Assembly (NCBI GenBank): GCA_938091905.1
Contig: CALKOM010000006.1
Location: forward strand, 1-64,000
Direction: 5' to 3'
From: an uncultured Verrucomicrobiales bacterium
Lineage (GTDB): Bacteria > Verrucomicrobiota > Verrucomicrobiia > Verrucomicrobiales > DEV007
Length of the DNA stretch: 64,000 nt
The notes beneath the pieces are model-generated. The model ran no database searches. It saw only the letters and a program-made list of their open reading frames with translations, and was not told the DNA's origin. The first letter of the stretch is position 1. Every line of letters begins with the position of its first letter. Shown in pieces: positions 11,213 through 20,779 of the stretch. A program made the translations under genes and the position numbers.

Positions 11213-13441
11213 CTAACGTTCACGCGATTCCCTGGGGGAAATGATGCTGGCCCGTTCTCTGACTTCTGACGATTGAGGTTTATGTTCTGAATTGGTTGTG
11301 TCTAAAGTCCCCAGGACTGCAGGATCATTAACAGACACCACTGTGTCCGCAGTGTCTTGCTCGCCTTCAGGCACGGTCCAGAGACCACCGTCGTAGGAGA
11401 TCTCTTCGTGAGTATCGAAGTGACCCTGAGCATCTGCGAGAGTGCGATAACGCGCGAATGAAGGTCCCCGAAAGAGTTCTTGTAAAATACGCTTGGCAAT
11501 CGGTGCGGCTACTTTGCCACCTGATTTGCCGTCTTCGACGAAGACAGCGAGAGCGTATTGCGGTTTGTCAAAAGGGGCGAAGGCGATGAACCAGGCACTG
11601 TTAAGAGTCTCGCCATTCTTCGTGTATTGTGCGGTACCTGTCTTCCCAGCGACGATCACGTTGTCGAGGCGCGCGCGGCGAGCAGTTCCGCCGGTGGCGT
11701 TGACCACATCACGCATTCCGAGCCGCACGGTATCGATAGTCTCAGGTGTCACGCCGTGCTCGGTTAGGTCGAAGAGGACTTTGGGAGCGAAGTCTTCGAC
11801 TCGGGTGCCGTCTCCTTCTTCGATGCCGTCAACGAGTCGAACTTTGTAATATTTGCCTCCATTCGCGGCGATGGCGGCGACGTTGGCCATCTGTAGAGGA
11901 GATGTGCCGACATAGCCTTGGCCAATTGAGATGTGTGCCGTGTTGGCGGCTGTCCATCGTTCCCCCTTACCTCTTGCTTGAAGATAGGCGGGGTCTCCGA
12001 CTAATAAGAGAGAGCTCTCAGAGATAGGAAGGCCCAACCGGGTGCCTAGTCCCATCATCGTCGTGACTTTCTTGATCTGCTCGATACCGGCATGGTTGCC
12101 ATACTGGTAGAAGTAGCAGTTGCAGGACTTCATGATGGCCCGTTGCAACCCGAGTGTGCCATGGCCAAGAATCGACATGCATTTGATTCGTGTGTTCTTT
12201 CCGTAGGTGATTGCGCCGCTACATCCGTACTGGTTTCGCACATTCTTGTTTCCTTCGGACCTTGCTAGGGAGCCGGCAAAGGCGGTAGCGATTTTGAAAG
12301 TGGAACCTGGAGCATAGGCGCTTGTTGCTCGGCTAATGAGAGGATGGCTATCATCATCGCGGTAGCGCTTGAAATCTTCCCGCGTGATGGCAGGAATAAA
12401 CTTGTTGGGATCAAAGGTGGGAACCGATGCCATAGCGAGAATACCGCCATTGTTGGGATCGATGATGACGGCAGCGCCCCGACCGATGCCTTTGCCATCG
12501 TTTGCTTTGCGTAAGGCCATCTCGGCGATGTACTGAGCGCGGAGATCGAGGGTCAGTCGAACGTCGTAACCTTTCTGAGGGAGTTCATTCCGAGTGTCTC
12601 TGACATAGACGCCTTTTTGATCAATGAGATGTTCGCGTTCACCGGCGCGCCCTTTGAGATACTGATCCATGGACCGCTCGATGGCGGAGAAGCCAAACGG
12701 GTCTGGTTCATAGACATGGTCGTTGCGCAGCCAACGTTTAGCTTCGTCTCTCTCCGGACCATCGGATAGGGCAAGAGCTTTCAAGTCATCCAAATCCTTC
12801 GTTCGGTCGGCCTTCCTAACATAGCCTAATGTGTGGCAAGCAAGCGAACCGTAGTTGTATTGGCGCACGGGAGCGGCCTGTGGTTGTAAGCCGGGAATCT
12901 CTAGGCTGCGCTCACTGAGCATCGCGAACTGATCGTAGGTGAGTGCAAGCGGGAGCGTGTAGGGAACCAGTCCAGCGGGCCAGGTCATGTCATAGTGGTT
13001 CGCGATCTGGTGACGAACCGGACCGAGATCAATCTCAAGGCCCAATTCTTTGAGCGGGCCAATGACGGTCTCTTCAACGATTGTGGCAATATCCGTGATT
13101 TTCGTGTTCGGTCTGAGATCATCACGCGGAGTTTTCCTGGCGATCTTGGGGCGCTCTGTCCGTCCATGAGCTGCAGGATCATAATCTTTGACGATGACGC
13201 GCAGATTAAGAACGAGCTGGTACTCCAGGCGATTTGAGACAAGGGTCTCCCCGTTGCGATCTTTGATTTCACCGCGCACACCAGGAACTCTCACGGTGAC
13301 CTTACTGGTTGGCGAGAGCTGGCTTGCATAGAGCGCCTGGCTGGTGATTTGCACATCCCAGAGTCGGAACAGTAAGCCGGTGAACGCGCTCAAGAGGATG
13401 AGTGCGACCAAGTAGAGCCGGAGTCTGTATTGGAGGACCAT
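11213..13441 (-). CDS. mrdA: Penicillin-binding protein 2 (class B transpeptidase)
   Basis: N-terminal TM, RGEIKDRNG, SxxK (PGSTFK), SxN (KSCN) and KTG (GKTGTAQ). Follows mreD. Confidence 0.92.
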   Translation of the reverse strand: MVLQYRLRLYLVALILLSAFTGLLFRLWDVQITSQALYASQLSPTSKVTVRVPGVRGEIKDRNGETLVSNRLEYQLVLNLRVIVKDYDPAAHGRTERPKIARKTPRDDLRPNTKITDIATIVEETVIGPLKELGLEIDLGPVRHQIANHYDMTWPAGLVPYTLPLALTYDQFAMLSERSLEIPGLQPQAAPVRQYNYGSLACHTLGYVRKADRTKDLDDLKALALSDGPERDEAKRWLRNDHVYEPDPFGFSAIERSMDQYLKGRAGEREHLIDQKGVYVRDTRNELPQKGYDVRLTLDLRAQYIAEMALRKANDGKGIGRGAAVIIDPNNGGILAMASVPTFDPNKFIPAITREDFKRYRDDDSHPLISRATSAYAPGSTFKIATAFAGSLARSEGNKNVRNQYGCSGAITYGKNTRIKCMSILGHGTLGLQRAIMKSCNCYFYQYGNHAGIEQIKKVTTMMGLGTRLGLPISESSLLLVGDPAYLQARGKGERWTAANTAHISIGQGYVGTSPLQMANVAAIAANGGKYYKVRLVDGIEEGDGTRVEDFAPKVLFDLTEHGVTPETIDTVRLGMRDVVNATGGTARRARLDNVIVAGKTGTAQYTKNGETLNSAWFIAFAPFDKPQYALAVFVEDGKSGGKVAAPIAKRILQELFRGPSFARYRTLADAQGHFDTHEEISYDGGLWTVPEGEQDTADTVVSVNDPAVLGTLDTTNSEHKPQSSEVRERASIISPRESRER

Positions 13442-13456
13442 AGAGAGTGGAAGTGG

Positions 13457-14014
13457 CTAGTCGCCGTGAGCATAGCGCGGGTGCCCGTGGATCGCCCGTT
13501 CTAACCACCACAGGGTGAAGTAGATCAGCGGGGCGAGGATCATGGACAACAGCGCCGTAGAACACATCTCACGAAACACGGGCTGCGGAAACTGAAAGTT
13601 GCCGCGTCGAAAGTTGAGAAACAGGTATTCTAGCATGCGGAAGATAAAAATTCCGGCTCCGGTGAGCAGGATGGGGAAGCCCATCTGACGCTTCTTGTAG
13701 AGCGGGCGTACCCCATGCATGAGGTGCCCGAGAAGGCCGAAAAGAAGGATACTTATGCCGAAAGGGGTGGCCCCGGTCGAGGCGTCGCCAGCGGGCCCTA
13801 GGCCTGGATCGACGGTGTGGCGGAGATCCCAGAGAAGCCCGGCAAAGAAGGATGCGCCCAACATGACAGGGTACGGAAGGGTGACGGCGGTGCAAAGAAA
13901 CCAAACAGGAAATAAGAGAACGACTCCGTAGGAGGCACTTTCACCTAAGCGCGGAATGAACTCTTGCAGGCAGAGTGCAAGGAACATCATGACAAAGCTG
14001 AGGGCCGCATACAT
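13457..14014 (-). CDS. mreD: Rod shape-determining protein MreD
   Basis: ~5 TM helices with FFAGLLWDL motif; located between mreC and mrdA. Confidence 0.75.
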   Translation of the reverse strand: MYAALSFVMMFLALCLQEFIPRLGESASYGVVLLFPVWFLCTAVTLPYPVMLGASFFAGLLWDLRHTVDPGLGPAGDASTGATPFGISILLFGLLGHLMHGVRPLYKKRQMGFPILLTGAGIFIFRMLEYLFLNFRRGNFQFPQPVFREMCSTALLSMILAPLIYFTLWWLERAIHGHPRYAHGD

Positions 14015-14023
14015 GGGGTTGCC

Positions 14024-14902
14024 TTAGGGCGTGTTAGACGCCGTTTCCTCCGAGGTTGGGCCCACAGCGTCGGCCTCTCCTTCATCAATGGCCGTGCGAA
14101 TGACAAAGACGGAATCGAGTTTGGCGAAGTCCACTTTAGGCTCAATCACAGCGCTATTGGAGGTGTCGCCTTTGATCTGCCTGAGAACTCGGCCAATGAA
14201 CAAGTTTGGTGGAAAGACCCGGCCTTCGCCTGCATCCGTGAAGAGCATCGCTCCCGCGGGAATAGGGGGAATATAAGGGTCTAGAAAGTTGAGACGTATT
14301 TCAGGGGTAAGATTGCCGAGCCCACGATGGCCATTGACGATGCCCCGCATGGAGACGTTTTGCCCAACGCGTGCGGCTACTTTGCATTGTTCATCGGTGA
14401 GGAGCAGGACCTCGGCTGTCGTCTTGGTTAAGCCATTGGGAATAACCTTCCCAACGACGGCATGATTGCGATTGATTACGGGGAGGTCTTTTGTCACCTG
14501 ATGCTGGGTGCCGCGATTGATGGTCACGGTACTCCACCAGCTGGTGCGATTGCGTTTGATGACCTGTGCTGGAATCGTGAGATTGTAATGTTTGCTTCTC
14601 TTGAACTCGAGGTCGGCACGCAGCCGGGTGTTCTCTTTCTCCAGATCCAGGTAGTTGCGTTGAGTGAAGCTAAGGTTGATCACGGCTTCCTCGAGTTTCT
14701 CGACTTCTGCGAGGAGTTCTTCGCGTGAGCGTGAATCGGCCGGATCAGCTTCGCCTTGGACAGCTCCGGCGGCTTTGACTACGGGGCTGAACCAGCTAAG
14801 GAAGTTGGAGCGTAAGCCTGCTGTGCTTTCGGGCGCAAGGAAGAAGATCCAAGCGAGAGCGCCAAGGAAAACCAGAAGTGCAATGATATTATACTGCTTC
14901 AT
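14024..14902 (-). CDS. mreC: Rod shape-determining protein MreC
   Basis: TM, coiled coil (LEKENTRLRADL), AQVIKR..WWSTVTINRG, VVGKV, AEVLLLTD and VFPPNLFIGRV. Confidence 0.9.
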   Translation of the reverse strand: MKQYNIIALLVFLGALAWIFFLAPESTAGLRSNFLSWFSPVVKAAGAVQGEADPADSRSREELLAEVEKLEEAVINLSFTQRNYLDLEKENTRLRADLEFKRSKHYNLTIPAQVIKRNRTSWWSTVTINRGTQHQVTKDLPVINRNHAVVGKVIPNGLTKTTAEVLLLTDEQCKVAARVGQNVSMRGIVNGHRGLGNLTPEIRLNFLDPYIPPIPAGAMLFTDAGEGRVFPPNLFIGRVLRQIKGDTSNSAVIEPKVDFAKLDSVFVIRTAIDEGEADAVGPTSEETASNTP

Positions 14903-14938
14903 CTGGATACGGGGACTCTGGAAGGAACGTAATCAGCT

Positions 14939-15982
14939 TCAACGTTGCTCAGATGAGGAACCGCCACTCGTCACCTTTTTCAAGAATTCGAGCTCGCTCA
15001 ACACTTTGCCGGCACCTTCTGCCACGGCGCTTAGGGGATCCTCGGCAACGTGAACGGGAAGGCCTGTTTCTTCGGAGAGCAATTTGTCGAGACCGCGAAG
15101 CAATGCTCCACCTCCCGCCAACACAAGGCCCCGATCCACGAGGTCTGCAGAAAGTTCTGGTGGGCAGCGTTCCAGGGTCACACGAACGGAGTCCACGATT
15201 GTATTCAGAGGCTCGAGCATCGCTTCACGCACCTCCTGAGAACTGATCGTGATCGTCTTGGGGAGGCCAGCGACGAGGTCGCGCCCTTTTACTTCCATAG
15301 AGGTCTCTTTGCCAATGGGGTAGGCCGAGCCGAGGCGGATCTTGATCTCTTCCGCCGTGCGCTCCCCAATCATGAGGTTGTAGGCCCGCTTCATGTACTG
15401 GACGATTGCTTCGTCAAGCTCGTCGCCAGCGACGCGGACACTGCGGCTGTAGACGATGCCAGACAGGGAAATGAGGGCCACTTCTGTTGTCCCGCCACCG
15501 ATATCGACAATCATGTTACCGGAGGCATCTTGCACGGGGAGACCTACACCGATGGCAGCTGCCATGGGCTCTTCGATCAAATAGACTTCGCGGGCACCTG
15601 CCTGCTCCGCCGATTCCTTCACGGCGCGTTTTTCCACCTCGGTGATGCCTGAGGGCACCGCGATGACGACCCGAGGGCGGGCCATTGTCCGGCGATTATG
15701 GGCCTTGCGGATGAAGTGGCGAAGCATGGCCTCGGTCACTTCAAAATCGGCAATGACCCCGTCCTTGAGCGGGCGAATGGCGACAATATTACCAGGCGTA
15801 CGGCCTAGCATCCGTTTGGCATCATCACCCACCGCTAGAACTTCGCTGGTGCCAGCTTTCACCGCCACGACCGACGGTTCACGCAGCACAATCCCATGGT
15901 CCTTCACATTGACCAAGGTATTCGCTGTGCCGAGGTCGATCCCGATGTCATTCGAGAAGAACCCAAATAGTTTACCAATCAT
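14939..15982 (-). CDS. mreB: Actin-like rod shape-determining protein MreB
   Basis: [45 protein letters not shown] and LAGGGALL. Confidence 0.99.
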   Translation of the reverse strand: MIGKLFGFFSNDIGIDLGTANTLVNVKDHGIVLREPSVVAVKAGTSEVLAVGDDAKRMLGRTPGNIVAIRPLKDGVIADFEVTEAMLRHFIRKAHNRRTMARPRVVIAVPSGITEVEKRAVKESAEQAGAREVYLIEEPMAAAIGVGLPVQDASGNMIVDIGGGTTEVALISLSGIVYSRSVRVAGDELDEAIVQYMKRAYNLMIGERTAEEIKIRLGSAYPIGKETSMEVKGRDLVAGLPKTITISSQEVREAMLEPLNTIVDSVRVTLERCPPELSADLVDRGLVLAGGGALLRGLDKLLSEETGLPVHVAEDPLSAVAEGAGKVLSELEFLKKVTSGGSSSEQR

Positions 15983-16138
15983 GCTTGTTTAGTTAGGAGA
16001 AAGCGCTTTGAAATCTATGATAGGATAGAGGGTTTCGAGGAGTTCGGCGGAGTCTATCCCTGAGCGCGGAGCATCGACCGCGAGTCGGATGCTGGCAAGG
16101 GAAAGCCTGCCTGAGCGCTTAAAAGTCTCTCTCTAGTG

Positions 16139-16167
16139 GCTATACCTGTCCGGATATTAGGGGTCAA
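16139..16167 (-). promoter_or_regulatory. Putative sigma70 promoter of the mre operon
   Basis: TTGACC-17nt-TATAGC on the minus strand, ~155 nt upstream of mreB. Confidence 0.5.
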
Positions 16168-16197
16168 GGGAAAGCGCCTAACTAGTAGGCGTAAAGG

Positions 16198-16227
16198 CGA
16201 GTAGCCGCTTTTTAGGGCGGCTACTCG
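16198..16227 (-). terminator. Hairpin downstream of the peroxidase gene
   Basis: cgagtagccgc-8nt-gcggctactcg, perfect 11-bp inverted repeat. Confidence 0.65.
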
Positions 16228-16255
16228 GATCTTCATGTAGAAATGCCAGGCAGGA

Positions 16256-17674
16256 TCAGTCAAAGACAGAGATCTCACTGAGCACGCGCTTGGGAACGAG
16301 GCGTCGCATGTCGAGGTGCGAACGATCGGTGAGACTATGGAGGAAGTCGAGGAGGCGACGCATTTCGACGTCACTCAGTGTGGTGGGATCGAGTTGATTG
16401 GCCTGGGCAATACGCTGGACGGCCGTGGGGGCTTCCATGACTGCCATGTCATGACCGTTGAGCGTGTCGTCATCGGGGAGCGTCGATTCACTCCCGTCGT
16501 AGGACTTCAGAGAAGCTACCGGATCGAGGTGATGTCGAACGACGCTCTCCAGAGTATCAAAGGCGCCTGCGTGCCCATAGGGCGCGGTCAGTGCCACGTT
16601 TCGCAGCGTCGGCGTCCGGAATCGAAATCGGTCACGATCCGAAAGTGTTACCCTGGCGCGCCCGAAATCTTCGTATTTGGAGATACCATCGCCTTTGCCG
16701 GGGCCGATTTGAGGCATTGCAATGGCACGAAAGCGCAGGTCGGTCTGGAATTTGCCGCTGTGGCACCTGGCGCAACCAGCTTTGCCATAGAAGAGGTCCA
16801 TGCCTCGGAGTGCCGATCGGCTCATGGCCTCGTGATCGCCCCTCAAGTAGCGATCAAATGGGCTGTTGTCTGCACGGAAAGCAATGCTTTCAAAGGCTGC
16901 AATGGCATTGGCCGCGTGAACCATGGTGATATCGCCGGGAACATTCACATCATCGTAGACCTCGGCAAAGGCTTCGGCGTAAGCGTCGATTCCGGCTAAT
17001 CGCTTGGCGAGCAGTTCCCAGACCCCGCCTGGGCCAGCAAGATTTCCATCAGCGGCAGCCGCACCGATTTCATTGTCGCCAGATTGCCCGGCCATTTCAG
17101 TGCCCGACGTTGGGGGAAACAGAGCTTGCACGGCCAAGGCGGTTTCCAAGCCCTCGGGAAGATCCTCTCCGGCAGGCGATTCGAATCCAGAGGGAAAGTT
17201 CTCGTTTTTCTGGACCCGGCCGTCGTGAAACATGGTATCAAATTGCTTGGCTCCGAGATTGAAGAGCGGGGGTGTATTGCGTGGCACGCGCTCAAGGACC
17301 GATCGCTCAGAATCGCCGGTTGCCCGGGTGACGCCGAGACCTACCCCAGCTTCCCCGACGGATAGCGAAAGCCCGTCGCCGGATCCGGCCATGGGATGAT
17401 GGCAGGTCGCACACGAGATATTCATGTTGCCACTGAGGACCTTGTCGAAGAACAAAGAGCGTCCGAGGGCCACTTGGGCGTCGTTGACGGCGCCGTTGTT
17501 GTGGAAATCATTGTCGCGGACAGCGGTAGGCATTGGGGTTGCCTTGTGGGACTTCTTTGAGTTTGAACGCCCGTTCGGACGGAAAGGCCCTTGGGCCTCG
17601 GCAGCGAGAACGGCCAGGAGAAGAGCGCAGCCCGCCTGGATGGCCGTTGAGCGGAGAGCGTGATAAGTTTTCAT
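16256..17674 (-). CDS. Di-heme cytochrome c peroxidase family protein (CcP/MauG superfamily)
   Basis: LGRSLFFDKVLSGNMNISCATCHHP, RNTPPLFN, FHDGR, CARCHSG and FRTPTLRNVALTAPYGHAG. Signal peptide from MKTYHALRS. Confidence 0.92.
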   Translation of the reverse strand: MKTYHALRSTAIQAGCALLLAVLAAEAQGPFRPNGRSNSKKSHKATPMPTAVRDNDFHNNGAVNDAQVALGRSLFFDKVLSGNMNISCATCHHPMAGSGDGLSLSVGEAGVGLGVTRATGDSERSVLERVPRNTPPLFNLGAKQFDTMFHDGRVQKNENFPSGFESPAGEDLPEGLETALAVQALFPPTSGTEMAGQSGDNEIGAAAADGNLAGPGGVWELLAKRLAGIDAYAEAFAEVYDDVNVPGDITMVHAANAIAAFESIAFRADNSPFDRYLRGDHEAMSRSALRGMDLFYGKAGCARCHSGKFQTDLRFRAIAMPQIGPGKGDGISKYEDFGRARVTLSDRDRFRFRTPTLRNVALTAPYGHAGAFDTLESVVRHHLDPVASLKSYDGSESTLPDDDTLNGHDMAVMEAPTAVQRIAQANQLDPTTLSDVEMRRLLDFLHSLTDRSHLDMRRLVPKRVLSEISVFD

Positions 17675-17876
17675 AATTAGTAAATTTAATATTTTTAAGA
17701 ATAAGATGGCTAAACCATTTTTAATAGATTTTTCAATAATCCTGATGGAGCCCGATCTGATGTCTTCTGAAACGTGGTTTGTTTCCAAAAGGTACACATA
17801 TTCAGCAGTGATTCCTGATCGAGCGAAGCGATCACGGCACTGACAATCTGTGGAGACGAATCGGGCTCGGATTCTG

Positions 17877-18802
17877 CTACGCGTAGGTATCTCGCTGAAA
17901 CGCTCTCAGCGATTTCAGCCACCGGAGATCCTCAGGTCCAAGATTAGCCTTGCTGAACTCGCGAAGTTTGATCTCTCGATACACCTGATCGATGGCGCGT
18001 GCTGTCATTTGATACCGTGCCATCCCGCGAGCGGGACAGGCAGTGACGAAGCTAGATTCATCAAAGTCGCCAGAGGATCAAACTCGTTAACGCTGGTTAC
18101 TAACGCTTTTTCGAGGGGCTGTAGCAGTGGGTTGACTATGACCTCAGCACGGACGGATCTGAGCTCCTTCTCCGCTCCTTTCACAGAGTCCTTCTCTGTT
18201 TGAGCCGTCTGGCGGCGTTTTAGTTTCCCGCCAACGTGCCGCCAACCCTCGCTGGAAAACTTTGCGCCAAGCGATGGCAGAAGGGACTTTGACGCGATAC
18301 CTACTCCAAGGAGTGGGTTGCTCACCGCAACCACGCCAGCAATGACAATGAGTCCACAAGACACCACATCGCACTTGCGATCGATTTCATCGCCTAACTA
18401 ATTGAGGCGATCGCCAAGGGTCAATGCCTGGTCCTACCGATCATTAGCCTTGTCCCCCCTCACGGTTTTCTATAATCCAAAGTTTCTCTAGAACGGACTC
18501 ACTCCCTGATCCTGGGACATGAAAGAATTGCCTCTTGGGAAGATCGTGCTCAGTTGAGTAGCCGTCGGGAATCGAGCGTGTCGAGTAGAGCAGGTATCCT
18601 TCCCTAGATAGGTGATAGGGTACTAAAGAGTAATGCGTCTTGTCCTCGATCACATCCTCGGACGTCGCGATAGCCCGATTCTATAGCAGCGCAACTTCCC
18701 TAGGCTTGAGCGCAAGACCGAGCGGCTGCCCTCGACCAGGCGAACTGCCACGGCGCGAATGACCACAGAGAATTTGACGATGGAATTGGTGAGAAAATTC
18801 AT
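17877..18802 (-). pseudogene. Degraded hypothetical membrane-protein gene
   Basis: Protein-like segments run across several stops and frameshifts: LKPREVALL*NRAIATSEDVIEDKTHYSL...LPKRQFFH / GDRLN*LGDEIDRK...AVSNPLLGVGIASKSLLPS / TARAIDQVY...LGPEDLRWLK. Confidence 0.55.
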
Positions 18803-18881
18803 CAGATGCGAACAGCTGGCACGCGGGCTATCGCCGATCATTGGCGCCTGACAAGGCCTCAGCATACCCATTGTGGCAGTC

Positions 18882-18898
18882 TTTACATTCGGTTTACA
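18882..18898 (+). promoter_or_regulatory. Putative OmpR/PhoB-family binding box
   Basis: TTTACA-ttcgg-TTTACA direct repeat with 11-bp period, 36 nt upstream of the vWA-RR-HK operon. Confidence 0.6.
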
Positions 18899-18934
18899 CA
18901 CGAGTTGCGAAACCCAGGCCACGGTTGGGCACTT

Positions 18935-20071
18935 ATGAAACCAACCTTTACGACCATCGCTCTTCTCACATCTAGTCTGCTCATACCAAGTGCGATCGCC
19001 CATCGCGAGGCTGCCCCGCAACCCAAGGTACAGTTGGCACTCTTACTCGACACTAGTAATAGCATGGATGGCCTCATTGAGCAGGCCAAGACCCAGCTCT
19101 GGAAAGTAGTGAACACCTTTATTGAGTCCAAGAAAGACGGCAAAGTGCCGTTCGTTGAAGTGGCTCTCTACGAGTACGGAAATCAAGGATTGAAACCGGG
19201 CCAGAACTTCATCCGCCAGGTGCAGCCCTTCACGCGTGATCTTGATCAAGTCAGTGCGGATCTCTTCGCCTTGAAGACGAATGGCGGCGATGAATATTGC
19301 GGGGCGGTCATTGAACGCGCGGTACAAGACCTGAAATGGGATGCCTCAGGCCAAGTCTACAAATCAATATTCATTGCAGGGAATGAGCCATTCACCCAAG
19401 GGTCCGTCTCACCTAACACAGCATGCAAAGAAGCCATTGGTCGGGGCGTGGTCGTGAATACGATCCATTGTGGACCTAACGATGTGGGCCTGTCCGGTGG
19501 ATGGCACCAGGGTGCCCAGTTGGCAGAAGGCACCTACATGGTCATCAACCAGGACGCGGTGGTCGCTCATGTGAACGCGCCTCAGGACAAAGAGATCCTT
19601 CGGCTGAACAAGTGCCTGAATGAGACTTACATTCCCTTTGGTGCTGTCGGGGCAGAGAAGAAGCAGTCTCAGATTGTTCAAGATTCGAATGCGAGGTCCA
19701 AAGCGTCGACTGGTGCGGATGTCCAACGTGCACTTACCAAAGCGAGTTCCAACTATTGGAACGCGACTTGGGATCTCGCGGATAGGTCGTTGGAGAAGGA
19801 CTTTGATTGGTCCAAGGTGGGTGATGCTCAGTTGCCTGAGGCCATGCGCGGGCTCGATCTCGATGGGCGTAAGAAGTATGTGGCCGATAAGATTGTCGAG
19901 CGTCAGCAGATCCAGACGGAGATCAAGAAGCTGAACAAGGCGCGCGTTGCTTATGTGGCTGAGAAGCGCCAGGAGTCCTCTACTGAGAATGCGCAGACCC
20001 TGGACAAAGTCGTCACCAAGACTGTTCGGGAGCAGGCTACTAAAAAGGGCTACCTCTTCGGCAAGAACTAG
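18935..20071 (+). CDS. Secreted von Willebrand factor type A domain protein
   Basis: Signal peptide MKPTFTTIALL..AIA, MIDAS DTSNS, TNGGDEYCG, IFIAGNEPF and VNTIHCG. Helical C-terminal domain. Confidence 0.9.
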   Translation: MKPTFTTIALLTSSLLIPSAIAHREAAPQPKVQLALLLDTSNSMDGLIEQAKTQLWKVVNTFIESKKDGKVPFVEVALYEYGNQGLKPGQNFIRQVQPFTRDLDQVSADLFALKTNGGDEYCGAVIERAVQDLKWDASGQVYKSIFIAGNEPFTQGSVSPNTACKEAIGRGVVVNTIHCGPNDVGLSGGWHQGAQLAEGTYMVINQDAVVAHVNAPQDKEILRLNKCLNETYIPFGAVGAEKKQSQIVQDSNARSKASTGADVQRALTKASSNYWNATWDLADRSLEKDFDWSKVGDAQLPEAMRGLDLDGRKKYVADKIVERQQIQTEIKKLNKARVAYVAEKRQESSTENAQTLDKVVTKTVREQATKKGYLFGKN

Positions 20072-20089
20072 AGCATCCTACGCTTGGAT

Positions 20090-20779
20090 ATGGAGAGCCC
20101 TACCATTCTTGTAGTAGAAGACGACGCTGCGGTTCGCCGCGGCGTCGTCGACGCCTTGACCTTCACCGGATACACCGTGTTGTCCGCCGAGGATGGCGAG
20201 TCCGGGAAAGCGCAAGCACTGAGCGCGCGATATGATTTGCTCTTGCTAGACCTGATATTGCCACATTTCTCTGGGTTTGAGATCTTGGAGGCATTGAAGA
20301 AAGAACGTCCAGGTCAGGCCGTGATCATTCTTTCGGCAAAGGGTGAGGAGAATGATCGCGTGCGCGGTCTCAAGATGGGCGCCGATGATTACGTGGTGAA
20401 ACCCTTTAGTGCCCGCGAGCTTCTCGCTCGAGTTGATGCCGTGCTTCGTCGAACTTCCGAACGCAAGGTTGTCGCCGAAATGTTAGAAGTGCAGGGGCGC
20501 GAGATCGATCTCACCTCCGGGGTCGTAAAATTCAAGGGAAAAGAAGAGGATCTGTCGGAGAGAGAAATGGGCGTGCTCCGTTACTTGTTCAGCAACGGGC
20601 AACGTGCGGTGCCTCGTGAAGAACTCCTCCGCCATGTCTGGGGAATTGAAACGAAGAACATAGAAACACGCACCGTGGACATGCACATCGCCCATCTCCG
20701 TCGCAAGCTTGGTGATGAAGCCCAAGGAATTCTTCAAACAGTACGCGGCAAAGGGTATCGTTTAGTCAAGCAAGCATGA
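20090..20779 (+). CDS. OmpR/PhoB-family response regulator
   Basis: ILVVEDD, LLLLDLILP, GADDYVVKPF and winged helix RTVDMHIAHLRRKL..TVRGKGY. Confidence 0.96.
   Translation: MESPTILVVEDDAAVRRGVVDALTFTGYTVLSAEDGESGKAQALSARYDLLLLDLILPHFSGFEILEALKKERPGQAVIILSAKGEENDRVRGLKMGADDYVVKPFSARELLARVDAVLRRTSERKVVAEMLEVQGREIDLTSGVVKFKGKEEDLSEREMGVLRYLFSNGQRAVPREELLRHVWGIETKNIETRTVDMHIAHLRRKLGDEAQGILQTVRGKGYRLVKQA

Noticed and set aside
9578..15982. Absence of rodA from the mreBCD-mrdA-rng operon
   Set aside because: rodA is often encoded elsewhere; nothing can be concluded from one window.
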